Positions 31,993-43,828 of a stretch of 64,000 bases of DNA are shown here, piece by piece (the stretch's first letter is position 1; the number at the start of each line of letters is the position of its first letter). The notes beneath the pieces are model-generated. The model did not search any database, had not been told where the DNA came from, and saw nothing but the letters and a program-made list of their open reading frames with translations. Source of the DNA: Thecamonas trahens ATCC 50062 (Eukaryota; Protista; Apusomonadida); NCBI RefSeq assembly GCF_000142905.1, contig NW_013657678.1:558001-622000 (forward strand), read 5' to 3'. The position numbers and the translations under genes were made by a program.

Positions 31993-34006
31993 CTACTGCG
32001 GCATGGGCATGCCGCCCGGAGGACCGCCTGCGGGCGGCTGCGGGGCCTGCTGGCCACCGGCCTGCTGCGGGGCGAGGCCCGAGACGATCTCGTCGATGCG
32101 GAGCAGGAGGGTGGCCTGCTCGACGGCGGTCTTGATGGTCTGGACCTTGACTGCGTACGGCTCCCAGATGTCGATGGTGGTCATGTCGATGAGCTCGCCG
32201 GTGATGCCGTTGACGCCCATGGTGGCGTTGTCGCCCGAGGCGTGGGCAGCGCGGAGCTCCGTCATGAGGCGAATGACGTTGGCGCCGCAGTTCTGGGCCA
32301 ATGTGCGCGGGATGACCTCGAGGGCCTCGGCGGCGGCGCGGTAGGGCCACTGCTCGATGCCCTCGATAGACTTGGACTTGCGGACGAGGGCCTGCGAGAG
32401 CGCCATCTCAATGGAGCCACCGCCGGGGACGACGCGCGGGTCAAAGACAACGTTGCGGGCAACGTTCATGGCGTCCTGGAGGTTGCGGTCGATCTCCTGG
32501 AGCACGTCCTTGGACGCGCCGCGGAGAAGGATGGTGGCCGCCTTGGGCGCCTCGCACTCGACAAAGAAAGAAAAGTAGTCGTCGCCGATCTTGCGGATGT
32601 CAAACAGGCCGCACCCGGTTCCGACGTCGCTCTCCTTGACCTCCTCAGGGCGGTGGCAGATGGTGGCGCCGACGGCACGGGCAATGCGGTTGTTGTCGGT
32701 CTTGCGAAGCCGGCGGATGACAGTCACGTTGGCCTTCATCAGGTAGTGCTGCGCCAGGTCAGAGCAGCCCTTCTCGGTGATGACAATGTCGGGCTTGAGC
32801 GCGAGGAGGTCGGCGCAGAGGCGCTGGACGTGGGCGTCCTCGAGCTCGAGGATGCGGTTAAAGTCGGCTTCGCCCGAGATCTCGATGTCGGTCTTGGACT
32901 CGCCCTTGATGTACTCGAGCGGGCAGTCGAGGAGGATGATGCGCGGGTTCTCGATGCGGCGGCGCATCTTCTGGTGCACAATGTCCTTGTTGATCATGAC
33001 GCCCGAGAGGACGCGCGAGTCCTCCATGGTCCCGCCGGGGATCTTCTCCACGCGCGCGTACCGCTTGATGTCGATCTCCGTCCGGCCGTCCTGCTCCAGG
33101 TGGACCGTGTTGACGGCGTCGAGCGCCAGGTTGCACATCAGCTCCATCCACCGCGACGAGAACTTGGTGCCCAGGCACGACTTGATGAGGTTCATCATCG
33201 ACGGCCGGTCGTTCGGGTCGATCGGGAACGAGAGCTCCTCCATGTAGTCGACCGCGTCGTCGAGCATGCGGCGGAAGGCCGAGCAGATGACAATCGGGTG
33301 CATGTTGCGCTCGAGGAAAAGCTCCGCAGACGCCATGACCTCACCGGCGAGAATCGCCACAGACGTCGTTCCGTCGCCGACCTCCTCGTCCTGCGTCCGC
33401 GACAGCTCGATCATCGACTTGGCCGCCGGATGCTTGACGTCGATCTCACGAAGGATCGCGTTGCCGTCATTGGTCATCACAATGCCGCCCATCGGATCCA
33501 GGATCATCTTGAGCATGGCACGCGGGCCAAGGCACGTCCGGACCACGTCGGACACGGCCTAAAGTAACGAGAGGGAGTGCCCAATGCGGTGAGTTGGGCA
33601 GAGTGTGGGCGAGTGAGGGCGGGGGAAGGGTGGGGGTTTTGGGGGGAGCGTCAGAACGGGGGATGGCGACCTGGGCAGCAAGTGGCACTCTTGCACCACC
33701 GCCAGAGGGCGGAATAAAAGTGGTACAAGCCGCACAAGTAGTAGAGATGGTAGCACATATTGCCAAGATCATGGACATGTGGTGGGAATGGATGGTGGTG
33801 GAAGATTCCCTGCTGTAGGTCGGAATATGTATGGATAGTGTCATGTCTGGCGCCAAAGTAGAAAAATGCTCAGAGCGGGCGAGGGGGGGGGCGGGGGCGG
33901 GGGGCAGGCGAAGGGGGATGGGGATACAGAGCAAGCAGACGTACCTTTGCAGCGGCAATGTTCGAGAGCTGAGCCTTGCGACCCTTCTCACTCTCCTGGT
34001 TGGTGT
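31993..34006 (-). CDS. CCT3: T-complex protein 1 subunit gamma; exons 34006-33945 and 33558-31993, first exon probably near 34115-34149
   Basis: GRKAQLSNIAAAK|AVSDVVRTCLGPRAMLKM across a GTAC...TAG intron; TNDGNAIL, GDGTTSV, IDIKRYARVEKIPGG. Confidence 0.96.
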
Positions 34007-34646
34007 CTGTTCTCGCTCAGCAGTCTGTGAGTTCTATCCAAAGCTATGCGTGTTGGGCGCGACCCATGGGGTCGGCCAGGGCTTGGCTGGGAGGAGGGGA
34101 GGAAGGGGAGGGACCTGGTTATTCAACGATTACTCCTTGGCGCAATCATTGAATGAATGGGATCATTCGCGCCGTCGAAAATCGCGCAATTCTACCTCGT
34201 CCTCACCCATACCAACCAAGGCCAATAGGGAGAGAGGGATATACAGGAGAGGAGGGGGAGAGAAGGGGGTAGTGTAAGGTGTGGGTGTGGGTGTGGGTGT
34301 GTGGGGGGGTACGTACTGAACACCATAACGTTGGGTTGGCGGCGGGGCATCATCTTGTTGGAGTGGTGCCGTCGAGTGTGCAGACTCCCGCCGTCTGCCG
34401 ACTGCCGATTGCTGGCCGACGCAAACAGCGGTCGCCGTCGGTAAGGAGGGTGGGCGGACGGGGGTGGGCGGAGGGGGGGGGAAGGGGGAGGGGGAGGGGA
34501 AGGGGATGGAGATCATGGGCGATGATGGGATGATGGATTGGAAGGGGGTGGGGGAGGGGGACCAGAGTGGAAAAGAGTTTGGAGATGATCAGCCAGGGGT
34601 TGCGGGGTGGAAGGGATGGAAGGGAGGGGTGTGGGGTGTGGGGGGA

Positions 34647-34973
34647 NNNNNNNNNNNNNNNNNNNNNNNNNNNNNNNNNNNNNNNNNNNNNNNNNNNNNN
34701 NNNNNNNNNNNNNNNNNNNNNNNNNNNNNNNNNNNNNNNNNNNNNNNNNNNNNNNNNNNNNNNNNNNNNNNNNNNNNNNNNNNNNNNNNNNNNNNNNNNN
34801 NNNNNNNNNNNNNNNNNNNNNNNNNNNNNNNNNNNNNNNNNNNNNNNNNNNNNNNNNNNNNNNNNNNNNNNNNNNNNNNNNNNNNNNNNNNNNNNNNNNN
34901 NNNNNNNNNNNNNNNNNNNNNNNNNNNNNNNNNNNNNNNNNNNNNNNNNNNNNNNNNNNNNNNNNNNNNNNNN
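34647..34973. other. Assembly gap (N run)
   Basis: Run of N. Confidence 1.
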
Positions 34974-35102
34974 ACACACACACACACACCACCACCACCA
35001 CCACCCACCCACCCACCCACCCCACCCACCCCCCCCCCCCACCCCCCCCCCACCCCCCCACCCACACACACATACACCATACACACGCATACACTGTGAG
35101 GT

Positions 35103-36326
35103 ATGTCTCAACTAACCCCAGCTCGCTCTCAGCCGGCGTACCTCCCGGCTTGGCTGGCACCTGGCTCAAAGGGCGCCAACAGGACACGCGACAGCGCGGC
35201 AGGCTCTCATCGACGGGGCGGGACTGGGTATGGGCACGATGACGGTGATATTCGCTCTCGGTTTGAAAAGGTCGAACAGAAGAGTCGGTTGGCTGCTCAG
35301 ACGGCAAGCTATGGGCAGAGTCAGGCAAGACTCTCCTCTGCGCCAGCATCATCAGCCAGCGCTGCGCCAACAAGCCACGGCGGAGGCTCGTCGCCGTCAC
35401 AGCGGATCTTTGCAGAGTCCCTCTCGCGGATGAGAGGCGAGGCTGTCCCAGCCTATGCACCGCCTAAGCTCGAACCGCTCCCACCGCGCACAGATCGCCC
35501 GCACATGCCGCCGAGGCAGCCGCTGGCATCAGCAGGGCTCGTGGCGAGCGCACGATTGACACGGAGGCCCGCGGCAGAGGCGAGCGAGCGGGTGCTGGCA
35601 AGCAGACGGGCGATGAGTCGCACAGCTGCGGCTGTCGATCCACTCGACGCCAGGCGGAGCAGACGTGGAGGCCCAGCACCAGGGCCACCAGCGGCGCCGG
35701 CGCTAGCAACACACATGGCGCTGCAGCCGCCGGTCGGCGCCTCGCTCAACACGGCAGCGTCGTCAACAGCGGTCCTTGCGGCACAGATTAGATCCGAGGG
35801 CATTCGGCTCTCGCCTGATGTGCGGAGCCAGGTGGCACGGACCCGTGCTGCAGTCTCAGCCGCCAACTCGCGCATTGCCGAGCTCGAGGCCCGCTCGCTG
35901 TGGGACACTCCGCCGCGGTCGCAGCCGCTCGGCTCGGTCCCGCACATCCTGGCTGTTGATGGGAGTGCACCGACGTTTGCCCAGCTGAAGCACGCTATTG
36001 CGGCCATGTCGCTCTCCCCCTCGCCTCCGCGTAGCCGGCCAGCAGCGGCGTCGGCGGCGCTGACCTCACTCGAGGCGCTCACACTCTCAGCCAACATGGC
36101 GGCCAGCTCAGCGGCATCCGCTGCCATCCGCTCGTCGCGGGTGCCGGCGGCACGGCCGCGGCCGCGGATTTCGCGGCGTCCGCCATCTGCTCCGTCGACC
36201 GCCCCGCTCCGCCCGTTCACCTCCGCCCGCCGAGCCGAGTTCTCGGCCGACGCCGCGCTGGCGTCGTCGCGGGCCGCAGTCGCCGCGTCGTCGCTCCGGG
36301 CCCCGCTCTCGCTCGCGGATCTTTAA
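35103..36326 (+). CDS. Hypothetical low-complexity Ala/Ser/Arg/Pro-rich protein
   Basis: 407-aa ORF filling the space between the gap and a convergent gene; no family recognised. Confidence 0.5.
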   Translation: MSQLTPARSQPAYLPAWLAPGSKGANRTRDSAAGSHRRGGTGYGHDDGDIRSRFEKVEQKSRLAAQTASYGQSQARLSSAPASSASAAPTSHGGGSSPSQRIFAESLSRMRGEAVPAYAPPKLEPLPPRTDRPHMPPRQPLASAGLVASARLTRRPAAEASERVLASRRAMSRTAAAVDPLDARRSRRGGPAPGPPAAPALATHMALQPPVGASLNTAASSTAVLAAQIRSEGIRLSPDVRSQVARTRAAVSAANSRIAELEARSLWDTPPRSQPLGSVPHILAVDGSAPTFAQLKHAIAAMSLSPSPPRSRPAAASAALTSLEALTLSANMAASSAASAAIRSSRVPAARPRPRISRRPPSAPSTAPLRPFTSARRAEFSADAALASSRAAVAASSLRAPLSLADL

Positions 36327-36354
36327 AAGAGTTTACATCTGTACACACAGCTTG

Positions 36355-37207
36355 CTAGCGGTTGACGGGAGCCAGCGGCGCCCGTCGGCATGGCGGCGGC
36401 GGCGGCTTCCACAGCTTGAACGTCGGCGCTGCCGCCGCCAGCTCGCGAGTGGTGAGCATGATGGGCGAGCCGGTCGGCGCCCGCAACTGCGCCCGCAGCG
36501 CGGCCGCCGCCACCGAGTGCGGCACCGAGTCCGGCGAGCGCGACGAGCTGCTCGGCGACGGTGTGGCAGGAATGGCGGCAAGGCCGATGGTAGTCGACGA
36601 GTCCGAGGCCGAGCCGAGTCCGTCGTCTGTCTCGAGCTCCGAGTCGACAAGCGAGTTGTCGTCACCCGGCGCCAGTACATCGATGGTCGAGAAGCCGTCG
36701 TAGCTGTCTGTGGCCTTGCTCTCAATCTCGGTCGAGCCGGACTCGGTCTCGGACGACAGCGCCGCGTCGTTGCGGTACTTGGCGAGGTACGGATCGTGGC
36801 CGTGTGGATGCACAAACTTGGCGATGTGGCGCTCGTCGATGTTGAAGCACTTGATGCCATACTTGCACGTCGGCTTGTGGACAGGCTTGCGGACCCGCCG
36901 ACGGCTGCGGGATGCTGTCTTGGTCTTTGCTTTGGCCTTAACCTTCTCGTTTGGCTGCTCGCTCCCGGCCACCATCGTCTCAAAGTCCGAGTCCGACTCG
37001 GTCGCCCCGTCGATGCCGCCGGCGTAGTACGCCGCGAGAGCGTCAGCCATGACGGCATTCTGCTCCCAGTCCGCGTGAGTCGCTTCATCGATCAAGCACG
37101 TTGCCGCCAGCAGGCTATCCAGGCCGTAGACGTACCTTTTGATTCGCTTTGATGCCGACAGCCTTGCACAGCTCCTGGAGCTTCCTCCGCGGCAGGCCAC
37201 GAAACAT
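36355..37207 (-). CDS. SAP-like + PBZ (poly-ADP-ribose-binding) zinc finger protein; intron 37135-37060
   Basis: Spliced product reads LPRRKLQELCKAVGIKANQK|NAVMADAL (GTACGT donor, CTCAC branch-like site, CAG acceptor, phase 0). PBZ motif: CKYGIKCFNIDERHIAKFVH. Confidence 0.72.
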
Positions 37208-37586
37208 GCTATAATTCCCACAAGTGCGTGTATCTATGACCGTTCGGCGGTGGTAGGCCTTATGACACGCAGCTTTCCTGCTACGGTGGCAAGCGCGAGA
37301 TTGGTGGCTGGCTGGATGAAGACGCCGAGGTCGTTGGACGTGCCTGGGGTGAGCAAGTGGAAGTGGCGAGTGGTACGGAAAAAGTTCAAAAATTTTGAAT
37401 TGCGCGCGAAAACGTGTCCCTCGGTCGAAAGCTCGCCAGTCGACAGGCGGGCGCGGTGGTTGACGAGCGCGGGACAGTGAGAGAGTAGCAAACGGTGACA
37501 AGGGCGAGAGAGAGCAAACACTTGGCGCGTGACAAAGACTCGACGGCTTGTTCGACGAGACGTTAGCGGGAGTGTACGGGTGAGCC

Positions 37587-40243
37587 ATGAACAACGATCT
37601 TCTCGGACGGATCTCCTCGCTGCGCTCGCGCATTGCCTCGGGCGGCTCGCCTCCCCGTCCACGCCGACCGAATCGTCGCCTGCAGGCCAGTCATGGGCCC
37701 CGCCGCCGGCTCGGGTATGGGTCGAGCGCAGGACCTCCGGTGGCATCTTCATCGTCGTCTCTGGCTTACTATCCATCGCCCGTGACGTCATCCATTGCAG
37801 CGTCGAGCTCGGCGCTCCGGTCGTCGCTGCTAAACACGTCGTCGGTCCCGCCGTCGTCGCCGCCGCAGCGACATGCGCCGCAGGCAACGGTGCCGTCGCC
37901 GGTCCGATCTCCTCCGGTTTCCTCTGCTAACGACGCCGACGCGTCGACCTCCCTACTGTCAGAACTCTCAGTCCTGCGATCGCGACTCGAGTCACTGGAG
38001 GCTGGGAACTCGGCGTTTGCGGCGTCGGCGTCGGCCAAGGGCCCTCGGCCGCAGGAGAGACCGCCAACAGTGGCGTCATCACAGCCACTGACTCTTGAAG
38101 CGCCGCCGCAGTCGCGGGTGGTAGGCGATGGTGCCGACAAGCCGAGCGCCGCCGGGTCGGAGCAGGCCGAGCTTGAGCGCGCTGTGCGTGAGCTCGACGC
38201 CGAGCTCACCAACTCGGAGCTCTCGCTCGTTGATGTCGAGAAGGAGCGGCTGATACTCAAGTCACAGCTGCGCAAGGCACTTAAGCTCCTTGCCATGCGC
38301 GAGGATGAGCTCAAGAATGAGCGCGAGACCGGCAGCGCCGCGAAGGACGACGCCAGCAAGCTCCGCGCCGGCCTTCGGACGGCGCTGGCCAAGGTGAAGG
38401 AGCTCGAGAGCAGCAACACCAAGCTCCACGCCCGCAACGAGCAGCTTGCTGATGAGCTGCGCCAAGTTTCCCGTGCAGCTGCAGCGGCGGCAGCCGAGAA
38501 GCCGGTTGCGATCGCGGCTGCCGAGCTGGAAGCTGAGCGAGCAAAGATGAAGCTCGAGACAGTGACAGCCGAGCGCGACGCGGCCCGCGAGTCAGCAGCC
38601 GAGCTCAAGGCCTCGCTTCTCGAGGCCGTGCGGTCGGCAGAGGCGATGCAAGACAAGCTTGCGGCGCTGGCCAGCGAGCGCGAGGCGGCCAACCGCGAGC
38701 TGGCGGTGGCGGCGAGCGCGGCCGAAACGGCGGCGACACGGGCGCGCGACGACGCACAAACCATCGCTCAGTTGCAGGAGAAGCTCAACGGCAAGAGCAG
38801 CGAGGTCGAGCGCGCTACCGGACGGGTGGCGGCGCTGGAAGCGCAGGTGGCGAGCCTGAAGGAGGAGGCGTCTGCAGCCGGTAGCACGGCGGCGCAGCTG
38901 AGTGAGGTACAGGCCCGGCTGCAGAGTCACGAGCTGGACATGATGCGGCTCGACGCGCTGCGGACCCAAAGCGCGGCGGACAAGGACGCGTTGGCGTCGC
39001 TTCGGTCGCGCAACGACGCGTTCAAGTCCAAGATAAGTCAGCTGGAGGGCCAGCTTGCGCGAGCCGAGGCTGATCTCGACAGCGCCAAGCGAGATGCGCG
39101 CGACGCACGCGACTCGGCCACTGCTGCCAGCGAGCGCATTGCTATGCTGGAGCGGGCAGTCGAGGACGCACGTGGAGCAGGCGACGAGACTCGTGAGCGG
39201 CTGTCGGAAGCGCGGGCTCAGCTCGCCGAAAAGAGCGAGCAGCTGTCTGAGGCCAATTCGCTCCTCGAGATGGCACAGGTGGAGCTCGAGGAGCGTGGCT
39301 TTGAGCTGGAAAACAGCAAGCTGCGCTCGACGAGGGAGCTGCGCGTGTGGCAGAGACTCACGCGGCAGTGCGGGCGACCAATGAGCGGATCCGCGAGCTC
39401 GAGGCGCACGTTGCGGCGCAGCACACGCAGCTGACCAACTTTGCCGAGTCTGAGAGCCGGCTGCTAGGTAAGATCAAGGCGCGCGACGAGGACGTGGTGC
39501 GGCTTCAGGACGAGGTGGCCTCGCTGGACCGTCTTGTTGCCGAGTACAAGACGCGCGAGAAGGAGTTGCTGGCGACGGCGGGCCAGTTTGAGGCTGCGCT
39601 CGAGCGGACCGACGTCCAACTCACGGCGCTGCAGACCGACTATGATGCGCTCGCTGGCAAGGCTGATACCGACGCAGCGGCGGTGAAGTCGCTGCGGACC
39701 GCGCTCGACGAGTGCCAGCGGGCGCTAGCGGAGAAAGAGCAGCGGTTGGCCGACGTCGAGTACGAGCGCGAGACACTGGAGACACAGCTGGCGTCGGCGC
39801 GGGCTACAGCAACCAACGCGCGCAACGACGCTGCGGGTGTCGAGGCTGAGCTTTCAGGCAAGGTCAAGTCACTTGCTGAGGCGCAGGCGCAAATCCAGAG
39901 CCTCTCGTCGCAGCTGCACCAGGCACAGGCGCTGAGCGCGTCGGCAACCGAGGAGCTTCGGGCCGAGCGCAACGCGCACGAAGCGCTGCGGCGGAAGCAC
40001 TCGGCGCTGCTGCGGCGCGAGCAGGCCGAGGCCGACTCGCTGCGGCTTATGGCGCTCGGCACACAGAGCGCGCGGAGAGGCGGGCCGCGGCTGCGATCAC
40101 CGACGCGCGGGAGCACGTCACCGCGAAAGGCGGCGGTCTCTGTCTCGAACGCGGCGCTGCAAGCGCGGGTGGAGATGCTCACCGGTGCGCTGCGCGACCA
40201 AGTCGACTCGCTGGTCTCCGAGGCCAACGCCCATGGTCTGTGA
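37587..40243 (+). CDS. Long coiled-coil protein (frameshift near 39311)
   Basis: Ser/Pro-rich head followed by about 650 aa of A/E/L/R heptads across two ORFs. Confidence 0.75.
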
Positions 40244-40254
40244 GTTGTGTTTGT

Positions 40255-40986
40255 TCAGAGGTCAGTGTGTACAGCATGGCTCCGAGCGCGGATCGAGTAA
40301 ACAATGAGCGAGACGCCAAAAGCAAAGGCGACGACGAGGACAAGGAGCAGCAGAGCCTTGCGGATGCCAGTCCGAGTGACATCGAGCTCGCGGCGCTGAG
40401 CCGGTGGTGATGTGGGCTGGCTGGCAGTGACGGCACGGGCAGCAGCCCGTTTTGCGCCACGGGTGACCACAACCGGAACGTCTTGATCGCTGTCGACGTC
40501 GTCACCAAGCTTGGCCGAGTCCTCTGGCGACACCGCGCGCCCGTCGACAGCATCGATCTCGTTCTTTCCCTTTGAGCACGTCGACAAGCGTGCATCCTGG
40601 CCTGAGCTCAATGCCGCCGCCTCCTCTGCATCCTTCTCGTCAAGCTCTTCCAGGCGAGACTCAACAGCAGACTGCATGGCGGCGGTGTAGACAACGAGCG
40701 TGAGCTCAGAGACGGTGGACTGAATGGAGAAGATTTCATCGCGAATGGCACGAAGACGAGCAAGTTGGGGATCTTCATCAGGTTGAGCAACCGGAGCCGG
40801 ATCTTCACCCAGGACAGCTTTCAGCTGAGCCACTTCAGCTGCAAGGGCATGAGCTCGCGAGGTCAGCTCCTCAATCTGCTCCACGGCTCCTCTCGCAGTC
40901 ACTTGGTGCTCGCCACTAAGCGACGAGAGCATGCGTTCCATCTCGCCTTGGCTGTTGTCGCACTCATTCTCCGCTGCCGAGCTCAT
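40255..40986 (-). CDS. Coiled-coil tail-anchored membrane protein ending in HTDL
   Basis: From ATG 40986: heptad segments, one C-terminal TM helix (ALLLLVLVVAFAFGVSLIVYSI), short tail ...AVHTDL-stop. Confidence 0.6.
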   Translation of the reverse strand: MSSAAENECDNSQGEMERMLSSLSGEHQVTARGAVEQIEELTSRAHALAAEVAQLKAVLGEDPAPVAQPDEDPQLARLRAIRDEIFSIQSTVSELTLVVYTAAMQSAVESRLEELDEKDAEEAAALSSGQDARLSTCSKGKNEIDAVDGRAVSPEDSAKLGDDVDSDQDVPVVVTRGAKRAAARAVTASQPTSPPAQRRELDVTRTGIRKALLLLVLVVAFAFGVSLIVYSIRARSHAVHTDL

Positions 40987-41149
40987 TCTGCCACAACGGG
41001 GAGAGGTGGGCTGAGTGCTGAGTGGCGCTGTCGGGTGGCGCCTGGCCGGGGCAAGGCGACGAGGTCGGTTTGGGGGGTTGGGAGTTTTGGAGGGAAGAGG
41101 GCGTTGACGTTTGATGGGCAGGCGAGAGAGGAGCAGATGCATGGATGGA

Positions 41150-43015
41150 TCAGGCATTGCTCTGGCGAGGAGCTTTGCGACGCTTGCGGCGGACGCGCTG
41201 GACGTACTGGCCCTTGGCGTTGATGGTGATGGCCGGGGCGGCAAACTGGGCATCGTAGAGGGCCTCGCGGAGTTCGCGCTCGCGCTTGTTGGCCATCTGG
41301 GCCTGGAGGACAGAGACCATCTTGCGGCTGTTCTCCTGCTCGCGAATCTTGGCCTCACGCTCTGCGGCGGCGGCGGCGACGTCGCGCTCGATGGCGGTGC
41401 GGGCGTCCTGGATGTCTGCGAGGCGCTCACGCATCTCGCGGTCCTGCTTGGCGGCCATGTTGGCCTCCCACTCGGCCTGAAGCTTGGCGCGGACAGCGGC
41501 GCGGTGCTCGTTCCAGTCAAAGTTGGCGGTTGAGTTGCGGGCATCGACGTCGCGGGCACGCTGGGTGTCCTCCTGCAGCTCGCGGAGGGCATCCTGCATG
41601 CGACGCTCGCGGGTGAGTGCAATCTGGGCTTGCAGCTCCTGACGGTACTTTTCTTGCGCGGAGCGAGCAGCCTCGGTCGAGTACGCCGGCTTGAGCGGAA
41701 GAGAGCCTTCGTAGTGGACGGCGGCATCAGCGGCGCGCTGCCGCAGCTCGCGCTCACGGCGAGCAGCAATCTGCTCCTGTAGCGTCTGTGCGAGCTCACG
41801 CCTGTCCGAGTTGTCGGCGTATGTGGCGGTGAGCGCGTCGCGCTGCGCAAGCACCTCGAGCCGGCGGCGCTCAGCCATCTGCTCGGCGTAGGTGGCCTGG
41901 GCCTCGCGCCGCTGACGCTCTTCCACTTGCGCCAGCTGGGCCTGAGCGGCCTCGATTTGCCGCTGCTTCTCGGCGGCAGCGCGGGCGCGCTCGGCGGCGG
42001 CAGCAGCGGCGTCGCGGCGGCGCTCGTTCTCGGCCTCCTGCAACTCGAGCATGCGAGCACGCGCTGTGGCAGCCTGCTTCTCCTCAAGCATGCGCTTGTT
42101 GAACTCGAGGACCTTGCGCTTCTGCTCCTCCTGATACGCGCGGAGCTCGGCCTGCGGATCGGCAACAACCACGTCTTCAAAGTAGTACTCAAAGTCGTCG
42201 CTGGCACCGTCAGAGGAAGGCGCCGCCGGGGCAGTCTGCTGGGCCCGAGGAGAGTGACGATGCTCGTACTCGGCCTGCGCCTCGTGCGCCGAATCGTACA
42301 CCGTTGCCGGGCCAGGTGTCTCGGCTGCATGGCGTGCGCGGTCAGGTGCCGGTGTCTCGGCCGTGCGGTACTGGGCCTCGACCTGGGCCTGCTCGTATGC
42401 GGTCTGGTGGTGCTGGGCCTGCTCGTACGCAGCCTGCTCGTACGCAGCCTGCTGCTGCGCCTGCTCGTACGCAGCCTGCTCGGCCATAGCCGCCTCGTAT
42501 GCAGCTTGTTGCTGCAGCTCGTACTGTAGATCGCGCCGAGTCTCCATGTGGTTCTGTGCAGGCGGCGGAGTGGCAGCGACAGGCGGTGCAGGCGGCGCAA
42601 CGGCGGCGGCGGCGGCGTCCTCCTGCATCATGGCGGCAAAGGCACTGGGCGTGGCCAGCGAGCCGCGCTGGAGCGCCTGCTTGAGGCCGAGATAGGCGTC
42701 GCGCGAGAGTGAGCCCATGGCAAGCTTGCGGCCCTCCTCGATGTTGCGGGCAGCGTGCTGGCTCGCCGACTCGCGCTCGTTCTCCTGCATCAGCTGGGTG
42801 GCGCCATGGCGCGAATGGCGTGGCGGCGAGTAGGCCTCACGATACGCGGTCAGTTCATACATGCGATGAAAGTTGGGATGATCCGAAGGAAGACCAGCCG
42901 CTTTGATGGCCGCCGCCTTTTCCTCGGCCGTTCCGTTGATGTAATCGATGGGTCTCACCGAGGGCATGAGGATCTTGGTCCCGTTGGACGGCGCGCCAGT
43001 CCTGGCAGGCGGCAT
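41150..43015 (-). CDS. Helical protein with LxxQ(I/M) repeats, ciliary microtubule-associated-like
   Basis: LQEQIAARRERE, YRQELQAQIALTRERR, LQAQMANKRERE; E/R/Q/A-rich; QAAYE repeats. Confidence 0.6.
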   Translation of the reverse strand: MPPARTGAPSNGTKILMPSVRPIDYINGTAEEKAAAIKAAGLPSDHPNFHRMYELTAYREAYSPPRHSRHGATQLMQENERESASQHAARNIEEGRKLAMGSLSRDAYLGLKQALQRGSLATPSAFAAMMQEDAAAAAVAPPAPPVAATPPPAQNHMETRRDLQYELQQQAAYEAAMAEQAAYEQAQQQAAYEQAAYEQAQHHQTAYEQAQVEAQYRTAETPAPDRARHAAETPGPATVYDSAHEAQAEYEHRHSPRAQQTAPAAPSSDGASDDFEYYFEDVVVADPQAELRAYQEEQKRKVLEFNKRMLEEKQAATARARMLELQEAENERRRDAAAAAAERARAAAEKQRQIEAAQAQLAQVEERQRREAQATYAEQMAERRRLEVLAQRDALTATYADNSDRRELAQTLQEQIAARRERELRQRAADAAVHYEGSLPLKPAYSTEAARSAQEKYRQELQAQIALTRERRMQDALRELQEDTQRARDVDARNSTANFDWNEHRAAVRAKLQAEWEANMAAKQDREMRERLADIQDARTAIERDVAAAAAEREAKIREQENSRKMVSVLQAQMANKRERELREALYDAQFAAPAITINAKGQYVQRVRRKRRKAPRQSNA

Positions 43016-43828
43016 CGGCTCGGACACGCCAAAGTGACTGCACTCACGCTCAACATGAGCATCCGTTAGTAACCGTCTCTCCAGCAACCTCACCTGCCTT
43101 ATGTTGTCCTTCCCGGCCCTCTGTAGCGATGCTCACGCCATTGCCAATGTCCTCGCTGCTCGTCACAGCTTTGTCCGTTGGCGCGCCAAGGTGACGCCCA
43201 ACACGCACAAGGCGCTACACACTGCACACAACAAGCCACCATCATTTCCACGCGACTATCCGCGAGCAAAATAGGCTAGCGTATGTCAATGTCAGTATGA
43301 CGAAATACCTTGGTATGCTGAGTGTCTGCTCCGCATGCTAGCTTAGTTAACGTACCCGAGGAGGTCGAAAGCCATCGGCCAAAAGTTTGAAAGGCCGCGA
43401 CGAGTGTGAGTGTAGGCCGCCGTGCCAGCGAACCCAACACGCACCAGCCACCAGCCTGGTGATCGAGTAGCATACACGCTCCACGAAGCGCGTGGATGTA
43501 GCTCAGTTGGCCCGGCGGTGGTGAGGTGGGATCTTGGCTAATAGCTGCCGTGGCTTGATAGTTGCTCTGCCCCAGCCCAGCTCTAGTGTCCAGCTTCGAT
43601 GACCGTTCAGAACGAGGTTGGCCAAGGCAGCAATGGAGCCGCGTGTCTTGATCACGGCTGGACTACGACCATGCAATACAGTGCGTTGTGGTGTAGATCA
43701 ACCGGAAAAGCCCTCTTCAGCCGAGTCCCGGGGACAGGGCTGCAGTCTGGCCGCCGTAAACGCTGCAGTTGGCAGCTCAGCAGCTTCGACCGCACACTCG
43801 TCGCCTCGTTGGAGCCATCTACACGAAC

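Noticed and set aside
32242-33567. 441-aa ORF antisense to CCT3 (and similar shadows over other genes)
   Set aside because: Typical antisense shadow ORFs from high third-position GC; no recognisable motifs.
28953-35460. ORFs containing long X runs
   Set aside because: Artefacts of translating through N gaps.
40987-42600. Upstream ~540 aa of the 781-aa ORF 40255-42600
   Set aside because: Arg/Ser/Pro-rich out-of-frame reading of the 41150-43015 gene; only the portion from ATG 40986 looks coding.
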